Shown here one piece after another: positions 20,351-29,921 of a stretch of DNA of 64,000 nucleotides. Position 1 is the first letter of the stretch. Each line of letters opens with the position of its first letter. A program made the translations under genes and the position numbers. The notes below the pieces were generated by a model. That model worked only from the letters and a program-made list of their open reading frames with translations. It did not search any database and was not told the DNA's origin. Source of the DNA: Polynucleobacter meluiroseus (lineage in GTDB: Bacteria; Pseudomonadota; Gammaproteobacteria; Burkholderiales; Burkholderiaceae). The stretch is taken from the NCBI GenBank assembly GCA_945947155.1, contig CAMEXM010000001.1, positions 4,465 to 68,464 on the forward strand. Direction: 5' to 3'.

Positions 20351-21738
20351 TTAGTCGCTCCTCTTGCCTGCGGCTCCAGGGTTGCAATCGTCAACGTATC
20401 GTCAATCAAGTACTTTTTAGCTACTGCTTGCACTTGTTCTGGTGTCACCGTCTGGAGCCGATCAAGAATAGGATCAAGCTGCTTCCATGTGATGCCTGCA
20501 ATTTCAGCACTACCAATTTCCATTGCTTGGCCAAAAATAGAATCGCGTTTGTAAATTTTGTCAGCCAAGATGCGCACCTGAATACGCTTTAACTCGGCTG
20601 CAGTAATACCTTTTGTTTTGAGCTCGGATAAAACCGACCGGATACCGCTTTCCAGTTGCGCTACTGTTTTGCCTTTCGCCACGGTACCCAGAATCATAAA
20701 TAGCTGGGGGCCACGGGCAACCATGTCATAACCCGCATCAATCGTATTGGCTATTCGGTCTTGCTTTACAAGCGTTCGATTCAGTCTTGCATTGTCATAA
20801 CCATCGAGGACTGCCGCTAATAAAGCGAGTGCGTATGGCTCGTATTCTTCCATTTTTGCAGGATCAATGTGCGGCACCTTCCAGGCCATCGCCAGTTGCG
20901 GTGTATCAGCCGGAGCTTTCACAATCACCTGCTTGGTGCCGCGCTGGACTGGCTCAATTTGTGGCTTACGAATGGGTAGCTCGCGTGCGCTCAATTTTCC
21001 ATACGTTGCTTCAGCGATGGCTCGCACTTTTTCTGGATCAACATCACCGGCTATGACAACCGTTGCATTGTTTGGAGCATACCAATCCCGATACCACTGG
21101 CGTGCATCATTGGGAACCATGTTTTCTAAATCATTCATCCAACCAATAATAGGGTGACGGTAAGGCGTTGCTTTATATGCCGTTGCCATTAGATTTTCAT
21201 AGAGCAAACCCGACGCTTTATCTTCGGTCCGTAGCCTACGCTCTTCCATGACCACCTGAATTTCCTTTGTAAATTCCGCATCATCAAAATTGAGGTTATT
21301 CATGCGGTCTGCTTCGAGGCGCATGACTTCAGCCAATTTGCTGCGTTCAATTTGCTGAAAATAGGCGGTGTAGTCCATTGAGGTGAAGGCATTCTCGCGG
21401 CCACCCATTGCAGCTACTCGCTTTGAAAAATCACCGGATTTCACTGTCTTTGTGCCCTTAAACATCATGTGTTCGAGTACATGGGCCACTCCCGTTCGGC
21501 CATTGGTTTCATCCATTGAGCCGGCTTTGTACCAAACCATATGCGCTACTGTGGGGGCGCGATTATCTTCGCGAACAATTAACTTTAGGCCATTGGTCAG
21601 CCGATATTCGTGGGTCTGTGCTGAATCGGGCTTCACTTGCGCCTGCGCTTGCTGAAATCCAGTAAGGGCCAGTTGGCACAGCAACAAAAAAACGCCATTG
21701 CGTAAATAGGAAGATTGCATTGACAAGACCGCCATCAT
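20347..21738 (-). CDS. M16-family zinc peptidase (pitrilysin-like), secreted
   Basis: Zinc motif HVLEHMMFKG. The start is placed at ATG 21738 (MMAVLSMQSS... signal peptide), because the ORF-track start at 21873 would overlap divergent ftsY. Start uncertain (21720 and 21738 are both possible). Confidence 0.85.
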   Translation of the reverse strand: MMAVLSMQSSYLRNGVFLLLCQLALTGFQQAQAQVKPDSAQTHEYRLTNGLKLIVREDNRAPTVAHMVWYKAGSMDETNGRTGVAHVLEHMMFKGTKTVKSGDFSKRVAAMGGRENAFTSMDYTAYFQQIERSKLAEVMRLEADRMNNLNFDDAEFTKEIQVVMEERRLRTEDKASGLLYENLMATAYKATPYRHPIIGWMNDLENMVPNDARQWYRDWYAPNNATVVIAGDVDPEKVRAIAEATYGKLSARELPIRKPQIEPVQRGTKQVIVKAPADTPQLAMAWKVPHIDPAKMEEYEPYALALLAAVLDGYDNARLNRTLVKQDRIANTIDAGYDMVARGPQLFMILGTVAKGKTVAQLESGIRSVLSELKTKGITAAELKRIQVRILADKIYKRDSIFGQAMEIGSAEIAGITWKQLDPILDRLQTVTPEQVQAVAKKYLIDDTLTIATLEPQARGATK

Positions 21739-21802
21739 GTTAGATTTAGTTGATAAGATGCACTTATAGAACATATATACCTTCAATAGGATTGTATCGA
21801 CA

Positions 21803-22690
21803 ATGTTTGGATTACGTAAAACCCTAGGGTCTCTGTTTAAATCAAGCCACACGGACGAAGCATGGTTTGACACGCTTGAAGAGTCACTGATTCAAAGTGA
21901 TGTTGGCTTACCCACAACGGAGCGGCTGATGCTTGCGCTGCGTGCTGCCGCCAAATCAGAAAAAGCGACTTCCCCAGAAGCACTCCAGGCACTCCTGATT
22001 GACGCCGTTAGTACCCTGCTGTCGAGTCTAGAAGCCAATCCCAATCCCTTGTTTATGCAATCGGCGCATCGGCCTGAAGTATGGCTCGTGGTTGGCGTGA
22101 ATGGCGCTGGTAAAACTACGACGATTGGCAAGTTATGCCATCATTTTCAGTCGCAAGAGCGTGCCGTTCTTTTGGCCGCAGGCGATACCTTTCGAGCAGC
22201 TGCACGCAATCAGCTAAAGGAGTGGGCTGTACGCAATGGCGTAGACCTTGTTAGTCAGGAAAGTGGTGATGCCGCCGCTGTAGCGCATGACGCCATCCAT
22301 GCCGCGATTGCCCGCAAAAGCGATGTGTTGATTATCGATACAGCCGGTCGCTTGGCAACCCAAGATAATTTGATGGAGGAGCTTAAAAAGGTCAAGCGCG
22401 TAATTGGTAAGGCGCTGCCTGGAGCCCCACATCAAATCCTTTTGGTCCTGGATGGCAACACCGGGCAAAATGGCATTAGTCAGGTAAAGGCCTTTCACGA
22501 CGCCCTAGGTCTTACTGGATTAATAGTCACCAAGCTGGATGGCACGGCTAAAGGTGGGGTAATTTGTGCCCTTGCACAGACCTTCCTGGAGGAGCCCAAG
22601 CCGCTCATCTTTGCGCTGGGCAAGGGAGAGGGCATTCAGGACCTGGTAGCCTTTAATGCGAAGCAGTATTCTGCAGAATTATTCAATTAA
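21803..22690 (+). CDS. ftsY: Signal recognition particle receptor FtsY (short form, NG domain only, no acidic A domain)
   Basis: GVNGAGKTTTIGK, DTAGR and TKLDGTAKGG (SRP GTPase G1-G4). Confidence 0.95.
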   Translation: MFGLRKTLGSLFKSSHTDEAWFDTLEESLIQSDVGLPTTERLMLALRAAAKSEKATSPEALQALLIDAVSTLLSSLEANPNPLFMQSAHRPEVWLVVGVNGAGKTTTIGKLCHHFQSQERAVLLAAGDTFRAAARNQLKEWAVRNGVDLVSQESGDAAAVAHDAIHAAIARKSDVLIIDTAGRLATQDNLMEELKKVKRVIGKALPGAPHQILLVLDGNTGQNGISQVKAFHDALGLTGLIVTKLDGTAKGGVICALAQTFLEEPKPLIFALGKGEGIQDLVAFNAKQYSAELFN

Positions 22691-22718
22691 ATCAGTAGTT
22701 TATAAAATTATTAACAAA

Positions 22719-22745
22719 TTAGCACTCTCTTAAATAGAGTGCTAA
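22719..22745. promoter_or_regulatory. Perfect 10-bp inverted repeat (TTAGCACTCT-N7-AGAGTGCTAA) between ftsY and rpoH
   Basis: Read directly from the sequence. No clear U-tract follows on the + strand, so either a terminator or an operator role is open. Confidence 0.4.
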
Positions 22746-22784
22746 AATAAGTCTATTCTTACTACTGATAATCACAAGTTAACA

Positions 22785-23720
22785 ATGGTCCAAAAGAACA
22801 TATTGAAGTCCCCTGTAGCAGCTGCGCCATTTTCGTATCAAGGAAGTATGAGCGCTAGCCTAAGCAAATCCATGCTGCCCTCACTCGGGGTTGGCACACT
22901 GGATTCGTATATTGCTTATGTCAATCGCCTACCCATGCTGAGTGCTGCGGAAGAGCTACACCTAGCCCAAGAGTTTCGACGCACCGAAAGCGTCGATGCC
23001 GCGAAGGGCTTAGTTCTCTCCCACTTGCGCCTAGTCGTGTCGGTTGCGCGCCAATATTTGGGCTATGGCATTCCGCATGCGGATCTGATCCAAGAAGGCA
23101 ATCTTGGCCTGATGAAGGCAGTTAAGCGCTATGACCCAACGCAAGGTGCGCGCCTCGTTTCATATGCGATTCATTGGATTAAAGCGGAGATTCATGAATA
23201 TATTCTAAAAAATTGGCGTCTGGTTAAACTCGCCACAACCAAAGCGCAGCGAAAATTGTTTTTCAATCTCCGCAGTAATAAACCGACACTGAATGCACTC
23301 AGTGCAACCGAAGTAGAAGCCTTAGCCAAGGCTTTGGATGTAAAAGGCGCAGAGGTGCGCGAGATGGAAATGCGCTTAGCGGGTGGCGATGTTGCCTTAG
23401 AAGGCGACGACTCGGACGACGATGCCTACGCGCCGATTCAGTGGTTGGCCGATGAGAGCCAAGAACCAACTCGAGTAATGGCTTCAAAGGACGCAAGCCG
23501 TTTGCATGGCCCCTTGTTGGACCAAGCCTTGAGTGGGCTGGACGATCGCAGCCGTGACATTGTGCAGTCACGCTGGCTTTCCATGGATGCTGAGGGCAAT
23601 GGCACTAAAACATTGCATGAATTGGCTGAGGAGTATGGCATTTCAGCAGAACGGGTACGCCAAATTGAAACCGCAGCCCTCAAAAAAATGCGTGGCTTAC
23701 TCGAAGCAGGGGCAGCCTAA
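22785..23720 (+). CDS. rpoH: RNA polymerase sigma-32 (heat-shock sigma factor)
   Basis: Region 2 QEGNLGLMKAVKRYDP and RpoH box QRKLFFNLR. The start may instead be ATG 22848. Confidence 0.95.
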   Translation: MVQKNILKSPVAAAPFSYQGSMSASLSKSMLPSLGVGTLDSYIAYVNRLPMLSAAEELHLAQEFRRTESVDAAKGLVLSHLRLVVSVARQYLGYGIPHADLIQEGNLGLMKAVKRYDPTQGARLVSYAIHWIKAEIHEYILKNWRLVKLATTKAQRKLFFNLRSNKPTLNALSATEVEALAKALDVKGAEVREMEMRLAGGDVALEGDDSDDDAYAPIQWLADESQEPTRVMASKDASRLHGPLLDQALSGLDDRSRDIVQSRWLSMDAEGNGTKTLHELAEEYGISAERVRQIETAALKKMRGLLEAGAA

Positions 23721-23736
23721 ATTAGTTCTGTTTTGT

Positions 23737-24363
23737 TTATTGCAGAATGTTTTTCAAGTCATGCGCCAAGACTTCAGGTCCTTGGGCATGCTTAATGTAA
23801 AGCCGCAACTGGCCATTCTGATCTAGTACATAACTTCCTGCACTATGGTCCATCGTATAAGAGCCCGGCTTTGATCCGGGTACTTTTTTGTAATAAATTC
23901 GAAAGTCCTTCGCTACCTTCTCCAGGCCAGCCTCGTCCGCTGGACGAAGGCCAACGAAACGAGGATTAAATGAAGGCACGTACTGTGCTAACACACTTGC
24001 CGTATCGCGCTCAGGATCGACCGTAATAAAAATGACCTGCACCTTATCGGCTTTTGGGCCGAGTAGTTTGAGCGCCTCATCCATCTCCGTTAAGGTGGTG
24101 GGGCACACATCGGGACACTGCGTAAAACCAAAAAACACTACAACCACTTTGCCTTTGTAATCGGCCATGGTTTTTGTATTGCCATTGCTATCGAGCAAAC
24201 TAAAGTTATTACCAAATGCAGTGCTGCCGGTGATATCGACGTTCTTAAAGCTTGGCTTTGGACTGCACCCAAGCATGCTGACAATTAGTAGTGACAATAA
24301 GCCCAGCCCTAACACCCTGATTGGAGCAATAGTCAAAAACGAGCGTAAATTCAAACTAAACAT
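23737..24363 (-). CDS. SCO1/SenC copper chaperone for cytochrome c oxidase
   Basis: Membrane anchor, [11 protein letters not shown] (CxxxC), and a downstream DHS His ligand. Confidence 0.92.
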   Translation of the reverse strand: MFSLNLRSFLTIAPIRVLGLGLLSLLIVSMLGCSPKPSFKNVDITGSTAFGNNFSLLDSNGNTKTMADYKGKVVVVFFGFTQCPDVCPTTLTEMDEALKLLGPKADKVQVIFITVDPERDTASVLAQYVPSFNPRFVGLRPADEAGLEKVAKDFRIYYKKVPGSKPGSYTMDHSAGSYVLDQNGQLRLYIKHAQGPEVLAHDLKNILQ

Positions 24364-25255
24364 AATGGTCTATTAGTAAGGCAGCAAACAACAGGGATAG
24401 ATAGGTGATTGAATAACGAAAAGTCTTCTTCGCTAGTTGATCGCTATACGACATGTATAAAGCAATCGCATAGGCCAAGAAGATCAGGCCCAAAATGACT
24501 GCACCAATTAAATAGAATAAGCCACTCATGCCATAAATGTAGGGTAATAAGGTGGCTGCAATCAGAATCAAGGTGTAGAGCAAAATATTCAATAAGGTAA
24601 AGCGCTCGCCGTGCGTTACCGGCAGCATAGGCAGCCCAGACTTTTCATAATCCTCACGGCGATACAAGGCAAGGGCCCAAAAGTGAGGCGGCGTCCAAGC
24701 AAAAATAATCAATACCAACAACCATGCCTCTGCTGACAGGGAGTTGGTTACTGCAACCCAACCCAAGGCTGGTGGCATTGCGCCAGAGAGACCACCAATC
24801 ACAATGTTTTGTGGCGTGGCTGGCTTTAGGAGCCAGGTGTAAATCACGGCATACCCAACAAAGGTGGCAAAAGTCAGCCACATCGTTAAAGAGTTTGTGA
24901 AATACCACAGTACTACCATTCCTATAGCGCCAATGATGATCGAAAAAACAATAATGTGGGACGATGAAATTTCACCGGTTGCCGATGGACGCCAGGCAGT
25001 TCGACGCATCTTGGCATCGACCGCCTGCTCAATTAAACAGTTCACCGCAAACGCAGCGCTGGCCAGCAACCAAATACCGATGGTTCCACCGATGAGAACT
25101 GAGTAAGGCACCATGCCTGGGGTAGCCAAAAACATGCCGATGATGGCGCAAAAAACTGCCAACATGGTTACGCGCGGCTTTGTTAAGACGACGTACTGGC
25201 GCCACTTCGGCATTGGTCTCACTGCAGATCCAAGGGAATTAGGTTGCGTACTCAT
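24356..25255 (-). CDS. ctaB: Protoheme IX farnesyltransferase (heme O synthase)
   Basis: UbiA-family polytopic protein. The start is set at ATG 25255 (MSTQPNS...), giving an ATGA overlap with the ctaA stop. The ORF-track start at 25375 runs into ctaA. Confidence 0.93.
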   Translation of the reverse strand: MSTQPNSLGSAVRPMPKWRQYVVLTKPRVTMLAVFCAIIGMFLATPGMVPYSVLIGGTIGIWLLASAAFAVNCLIEQAVDAKMRRTAWRPSATGEISSSHIIVFSIIIGAIGMVVLWYFTNSLTMWLTFATFVGYAVIYTWLLKPATPQNIVIGGLSGAMPPALGWVAVTNSLSAEAWLLVLIIFAWTPPHFWALALYRREDYEKSGLPMLPVTHGERFTLLNILLYTLILIAATLLPYIYGMSGLFYLIGAVILGLIFLAYAIALYMSYSDQLAKKTFRYSITYLSLLFAALLIDHYV

Positions 25256-26373
25256 GGAATGCGCCTCGCGTTGGCTACAGAGTAGCCCCATGAAGCCCAT
25301 GCCGACATCCGGACCAGGCATAAGACAAGAGCGGCTGCGCCTGCCGTGTGTAACAAGGCGGCCACCAGCGGCCACTGAAAGACTACGTTAGATATACCCG
25401 TCAGCACTTGCAATACCAGCAACGTGATAACTGCAAGAGCCCAGCGACCTAATCTCGGATGAGACTGTCCGGCGGCGCGCCATGCATGCCAAGCAAAATA
25501 GCCCAATACAACCATGACCGCTATGGCAAATACTCGGTGCGTCCAATGGATTGTCTGCAGCGCAATGGTTGAAATCGCTCCGCCCTGTGCATCGAGTCCT
25601 AACTCACGCCACAGGGTAAATGCATTGCTCCAATCGGTATCAGGCCTAAAACTCCCCATGCAGGTCGGAAAATCGGGGCAGGCTAATACAGCGTAGTTCG
25701 TACTAACCCATGCACCTAAAAATACTTGCCAGAACAAAATTCCAAAACTGACTGCAAGCAGTTTCCCAGACAGCAGAGTCTTATTGGCACGAGAACCACT
25801 CTCTTGCCAAGGCTGTTGTGCATACCAAGTGAGAAGGGCCAATAAAATTAAAGCGAGCATTAAATGAATCGATACGATGATGGGTTGTAATTTTAACGTC
25901 ACCGTCCATACTCCAAAGGCGCCTTGCAAGCAAACCAATACGAGCAAAACGAGACTTCCGACGACAGCTTTTGTGCCCAAGTCTTTTACTTTGGCGATCG
26001 CTAAGCCAACTTGCAACACAATCAATGCGCCAACGGTCATTGCTAAATAGCGGTGCAGCATTTCAATCCAGGCCTTGACTTCAGTCACAGGACCATCCGG
26101 CATGGCTGCCTCCGCCAAACGAATCTGCTCCATCGCGCGAAATGGATTTGAGGTGCCATAACATCCAGGCCAATCGGGGCAACCAAGGCCAGAGTCGCTT
26201 AATCGTGTAAAGGCGCCGAATACGATTAAATCAAATGTCAGAAAGACAATAGTCCAGTTGAGTCGCTGAAATAAATTGAGGCTTGGGCGTGAAAATAGAT
26301 ACGCCAGCGGTATGCCCGCAAATACGATTGCGATTGCAGCTAACTCCAGAAAGAGGACTGCGCTATTGCTCAT
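25252..26373 (-). CDS. ctaA: Heme A synthase (COX15/CtaA)
   Basis: Eight-TM COX15 architecture with conserved His ([18 protein letters not shown]) and Cys pairs ([15 protein letters not shown]). Confidence 0.92.
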   Translation of the reverse strand: MSNSAVLFLELAAIAIVFAGIPLAYLFSRPSLNLFQRLNWTIVFLTFDLIVFGAFTRLSDSGLGCPDWPGCYGTSNPFRAMEQIRLAEAAMPDGPVTEVKAWIEMLHRYLAMTVGALIVLQVGLAIAKVKDLGTKAVVGSLVLLVLVCLQGAFGVWTVTLKLQPIIVSIHLMLALILLALLTWYAQQPWQESGSRANKTLLSGKLLAVSFGILFWQVFLGAWVSTNYAVLACPDFPTCMGSFRPDTDWSNAFTLWRELGLDAQGGAISTIALQTIHWTHRVFAIAVMVVLGYFAWHAWRAAGQSHPRLGRWALAVITLLVLQVLTGISNVVFQWPLVAALLHTAGAAALVLCLVRMSAWASWGYSVANARRIP

Positions 26374-27074
26374 TGAATCTTTTCGCCCGCCTGGTTTACT
26401 TTGAGTAACTTCTCCAGATCCTTGCGCATACCAGCAAATTCTTTCGGATCTGCGGTGACAGCAAACTGCATCATCTTTTCACCAAAGGGATTGAGGAGCT
26501 GAATATCCTTGCCGCCTTGGTTGGCATTAAGCCAATTGGTCCACTGTGCTTTTTCTGCTGCAGCGGTAGGTGCGTTCACAATAAAAAATCCAGCGGTCTG
26601 CTCGTCATATGCCCGCCTTACCAGCGGATCTACTGGCATACCATCGGTTACAACCCAAACCAATTGCGTACGTGGACTTTGCTTGCCCAGCGCAACGCGT
26701 ACCTGCCGCATTAAAAATAAGGCTTGCAAACAGGCTTCATTTTGGCTGACGCACTCCGCGGCAGGACGCGCAATTAAGAGTGTCCACTTTCCTTCTAGAG
26801 GCAGATTAAACCAAGCCGATTGGGCCTGCTCTGGGGGCGTTATCAGCCTACCGTAATTGGTTTTCCCACCTTCTGGCTTTAAAACATAAAACGTAAAGTA
26901 GGAGGCAATAACCGGTAGAGCGCATGCAAACAATAGCAACAGCATTTGAATGCGGCCACGGCGCGTCTGTGCGTTTGGTATCGGCGCCTCATGTTGCGCC
27001 GCCGGTATCAACAGCTCTTTATCTTCCACTATCGTTCTACCTTTTTGTTGTTTGGCGAATTCGCAACAATCCAT
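26370..27074 (-). CDS. Membrane-anchored hypothetical protein with degenerate SCO/thioredoxin-like domain, cox-assembly cluster member
   Basis: One TM helix (MLLLLFACALPVIASYFTFYVL). The soluble domain parallels the SCO1 in this window by eye: GKWTLLIARPAAECVSQNEACLQAL...QLVWVVTD vs [24 protein letters not shown]...QVIFITVD. It lacks both CxxxC and the His ligand. Start uncertain (ATG 27074 overlaps SURF1; GTG 27029 is the alternative). Confidence 0.6.
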   Translation of the reverse strand: MDCCEFAKQQKGRTIVEDKELLIPAAQHEAPIPNAQTRRGRIQMLLLLFACALPVIASYFTFYVLKPEGGKTNYGRLITPPEQAQSAWFNLPLEGKWTLLIARPAAECVSQNEACLQALFLMRQVRVALGKQSPRTQLVWVVTDGMPVDPLVRRAYDEQTAGFFIVNAPTAAAEKAQWTNWLNANQGGKDIQLLNPFGEKMMQFAVTADPKEFAGMRKDLEKLLKVNQAGEKIQ

Positions 27075-27813
27075 GAATCAACCAAAATAAGAAGGCACTC
27101 AGCGCGAGTGCAAACCACTGGAATGCATAAGCATAATGGCGTTCGACGCCGCTTGCTGCCGCGGTCCAATTTCGCATTAAGCCATCTTTTTCGAGTTCAC
27201 TGATTTGCTTCAAAACAAAGGGGATTTGTTGCCACTGATGGCGCCCTGCCTCCTTAGTCAGATCCAGGTTTTGCTGTATTCGCACCGGGCTATTGCCACC
27301 CACCCCACCATCTCCTAGCTCAAATACCCGGTCGGGCTGGGCAATCCCAATTCCCTCAATACGCATCTTGCCACCGGGGGTATTAATTGGTGGCAGTACC
27401 ATGCGGTCCTCTCGATTACGGGGGGCCCAGCCGCGCTGAACCCAAATGACGGTGTTCCCCAGGCCAGTTACCTGAAACGGCATCAGCACATAAAATCCGG
27501 ATTGGCCTGCGCCGCCTTTCGATGCCGCCGCGCCTGGCTGCGGGCGGTTATCCAACCAAATCGCCTGATCAACTAAAAACTCACCTTCCACAAGCAAGCG
27601 CCGGCTATCAGCTTCGGCTAAGGTCCATTGTGGTTTTGTATTCAGATTAAGTGGCGGAAGCGCAATCTGGGATGCGAGTTTTTCTGCTTTCTCGATTTTT
27701 CCAGCGGCTCGGCTCATCTGCCAAAGGCCTGCACTAATACCAATCGACATCACCACTGCCATGGCAATGGTTGGAATCACGCGATTGTGCAGCAAGCTAG
27801 AAAAAATATTCAA
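27037..27813 (-). CDS. SURF1-family cytochrome oxidase assembly protein
   Basis: N- and C-terminal TM helices flank a periplasmic domain, with WVQRGW and YAFQWF motifs typical of SURF1/Shy1. Confidence 0.9.
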   Translation of the reverse strand: MNIFSSLLHNRVIPTIAMAVVMSIGISAGLWQMSRAAGKIEKAEKLASQIALPPLNLNTKPQWTLAEADSRRLLVEGEFLVDQAIWLDNRPQPGAAASKGGAGQSGFYVLMPFQVTGLGNTVIWVQRGWAPRNREDRMVLPPINTPGGKMRIEGIGIAQPDRVFELGDGGVGGNSPVRIQQNLDLTKEAGRHQWQQIPFVLKQISELEKDGLMRNWTAAASGVERHYAYAFQWFALALSAFLFWLIHGLLRIRQTTKR

Positions 27814-27828
27814 TGGTAGGATTCGCTT

Positions 27829-28038
27829 ATGAAATGGATTATGCCTGCTGCCCTTTTACTGATTATTGCCAGCCTCGGCTCGGCTTTGTATTACATGATG
27901 AAAGACAAAGGCAATAGCTCTCGAATGGTTCACTCGCTCATGCTACGCATCGGCCTATCCATTGCTCTTTTCTTGGGCATTTGGCTTGCTTATTCCTTAG
28001 GCTATATTCAACCCACCGGAATCAAAATCGGCCAATAA
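27829..28038 (+). CDS. Twin-transmembrane-helix small protein (DUF2909)
   Basis: 69 aa with two TM helices. It lies on the strand opposite the cox genes, as in other Burkholderiales cox clusters. Confidence 0.75.
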   Translation: MKWIMPAALLLIIASLGSALYYMMKDKGNSSRMVHSLMLRIGLSIALFLGIWLAYSLGYIQPTGIKIGQ

Positions 28039-28057
28039 ACTTGGCCGATTTCGTCTT
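28027..28057 (+). terminator. Candidate terminator hairpin spanning the DUF2909 stop codon
   Basis: ATCGGCCAA-TAAAC-TTGGCCGAT (9-bp stem) followed by TTCGTCTT. Confidence 0.5.
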
Positions 28058-28095
28058 CGATTGAACTTGCCATTGCTGGCTAGTTCATCCCGCAC

Positions 28096-28950
28096 TTACA
28101 TCCAATAGATAACGACATAGAGTCCAAGCCAAATGACGTCAACAAAGTGCCAATACCATGAAGCGCCTTCAAAGGCAAAATGGTTATCTGCAGTAAAGTC
28201 GCCGCGAATGGCTCTGCGCAAGACCACAGCCAACATCAATGCACCTAAGAAGACGTGAAATCCATGAAATCCGGTCAACATAAAGAAGGTTGAGCCGTAA
28301 ATGCCTGAGGTTAGTTTTAGATTTAAGTCTTGATACGCATGAATGTACTCGTAGACCTGAAAGCCTAAAAAGATCGCGCCCAAGAATACAGTCGCCGCTA
28401 AGCCATACACCGCATGCTTTTGGTTGTTCTCACGAATAGCATGGTGAGCCCATGTCACCGTTACACCAGAGCTCAACAAGAGCAAGGTATTAATGGTTGG
28501 AATCGGCCATGGACCCATGGTTGAAAATTGCTCCACTAAGCCGGCAGGGCCATCATTCGGCCACACTGCGGTAAAGGTAGGCCAGAGCAATTTGCTTTCA
28601 ATATCACCAAGCCAAGGCATTGAGATACTGCGCGCATAGAACAATGCGGAAAAGAAGGCCGCAAAAAACATAATCTCCGAGAAAATAAACCAGCTCATCG
28701 ACCAGCGATATGACACATCAACGTTAATGCTGTTTTTACCTGAATTGGACTCAGAGATTGCATCGCCGAACCATTTATAAAGCACAAACAGGACAGATAC
28801 AACACTAGCAATCGTTAGTGGGGCGCCCCAGGAGTAGCCGTTTACCCAGCCAGTCATGCCGCCTCCAAAACCCAATAGGCCAATGCTAGCCATTACGGGA
28901 TGTCTAGATAGACTGGGAACGAAATAGTATGGGGTTGAATTAGACGACAT
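28096..28950 (-). CDS. coxC: Cytochrome c oxidase subunit III
   Basis: Seven-TM Cox3 with TGFHGFHVFLG and ASWYWHFVDVIW motifs. Confidence 0.96.
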   Translation of the reverse strand: MSSNSTPYYFVPSLSRHPVMASIGLLGFGGGMTGWVNGYSWGAPLTIASVVSVLFVLYKWFGDAISESNSGKNSINVDVSYRWSMSWFIFSEIMFFAAFFSALFYARSISMPWLGDIESKLLWPTFTAVWPNDGPAGLVEQFSTMGPWPIPTINTLLLLSSGVTVTWAHHAIRENNQKHAVYGLAATVFLGAIFLGFQVYEYIHAYQDLNLKLTSGIYGSTFFMLTGFHGFHVFLGALMLAVVLRRAIRGDFTADNHFAFEGASWYWHFVDVIWLGLYVVIYWM

Positions 28951-28980
28951 TGTGCTCTTTCTATTTACTCGAAATTAGTG

Positions 28981-29175
28981 TTAACTTGATACAACCATTT
29001 TTACAATCAACAACAAGGCAGACATAAAAATAACTGCCCCCAAAATCCCAGCAAGGATGATGTGCACAAAACTCAAGCTGGCTGCATCATCCTGTAATCC
29101 CGACTTCTTACGTACACCCAAAAACCCCCACATGACTGCCTTCATTGACTGCAAGAAACTACTTTGCTTTTTCAT
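28981..29175 (-). CDS. DUF2970 small membrane protein
   Basis: 64 aa with WGFLGVRKK and one TM helix. Conserved between ctaG and coxC in Betaproteobacteria. Confidence 0.75.
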   Translation of the reverse strand: MKKQSSFLQSMKAVMWGFLGVRKKSGLQDDAASLSFVHIILAGILGAVIFMSALLLIVKMVVSS

Positions 29176-29768
29176 AAAGCCGTCTTCACTCCTTGCGGTG
29201 TACTTGATCCGGCTGGCTTTATGCCCACACCCAGCTCAAAAAAAGTATAAGACAGGGTAATCGTTTTAACGTCCTTGGGTAAATTGGGATCAATCACAAA
29301 AACCACCGGCATATCGCGCATTTGATGTGGATTCAGAGTTTGCTGCTGAAAACAGAAACACTCTAATTTGGTGAAGTATTCGGTTGCGGCTTTGGGTGCA
29401 TAACTCGGTATGGCCTGCGCCTCAACGGATCGACTTAGATTATTGGATACCTTGTAAACAATTTCTGCCATCTCGCCAGGATGCACTTCGAGGTAGTTCT
29501 TCATTGGTTTAAATGAAAACGGACCGCGCGTATTGGAATCAAATTCAATGACAATTTTGCGTGAATAGTCGACTTGGGTATTTTCTAGCTTGGTTGCCCC
29601 ATGGGCACGTACACCATAATTATTTTTATTGGTTACGACATTGATACCAGTGACCTCACACAGAGCTTTGTAGAGTGGCACTAAAGCATAGCCAAAACCA
29701 AACATCAAAATGGAAGCTAGCAAAAGCTTGAGCAGAATTTGGCGATTAATGGTTTTAATGTTGGCCAT
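29172..29768 (-). CDS. ctaG: Cytochrome c oxidase assembly protein CtaG/Cox11
   Basis: TM anchor plus Cox11 domain (LVPLYKALCEVTG, CFCFQQQ). Confidence 0.94.
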   Translation of the reverse strand: MANIKTINRQILLKLLLASILMFGFGYALVPLYKALCEVTGINVVTNKNNYGVRAHGATKLENTQVDYSRKIVIEFDSNTRGPFSFKPMKNYLEVHPGEMAEIVYKVSNNLSRSVEAQAIPSYAPKAATEYFTKLECFCFQQQTLNPHQMRDMPVVFVIDPNLPKDVKTITLSYTFFELGVGIKPAGSSTPQGVKTAL

Positions 29769-29781
29769 AATTTTTTAGGCC

Positions 29782-29892
29782 TTAACCCAACATGACTCGC
29801 TTCATCACAATGCCCATAAAGAAAACCAAGGCGACGCTGAGCATAATCAGACCCAAGCGGCGGTTACGCGCTGCCCGAGCTGATTTATACAT
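29782..29892 (-). CDS. 36-aa cytochrome oxidase small assembly-type membrane peptide (not in supplied ORF track)
   Basis: My own translation: MYKSARAARNRRLGLIMLSVALVFFMGIVMKRVMLG*. It has a basic N-terminus and a single TM helix, and fills the ctaD-ctaG gap exactly. Confidence 0.65.
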   Translation of the reverse strand: MYKSARAARNRRLGLIMLSVALVFFMGIVMKRVMLG

Positions 29893-29921
29893 GTCTTTAG
29901 TTTCCTGGGGCACGGTGATGA

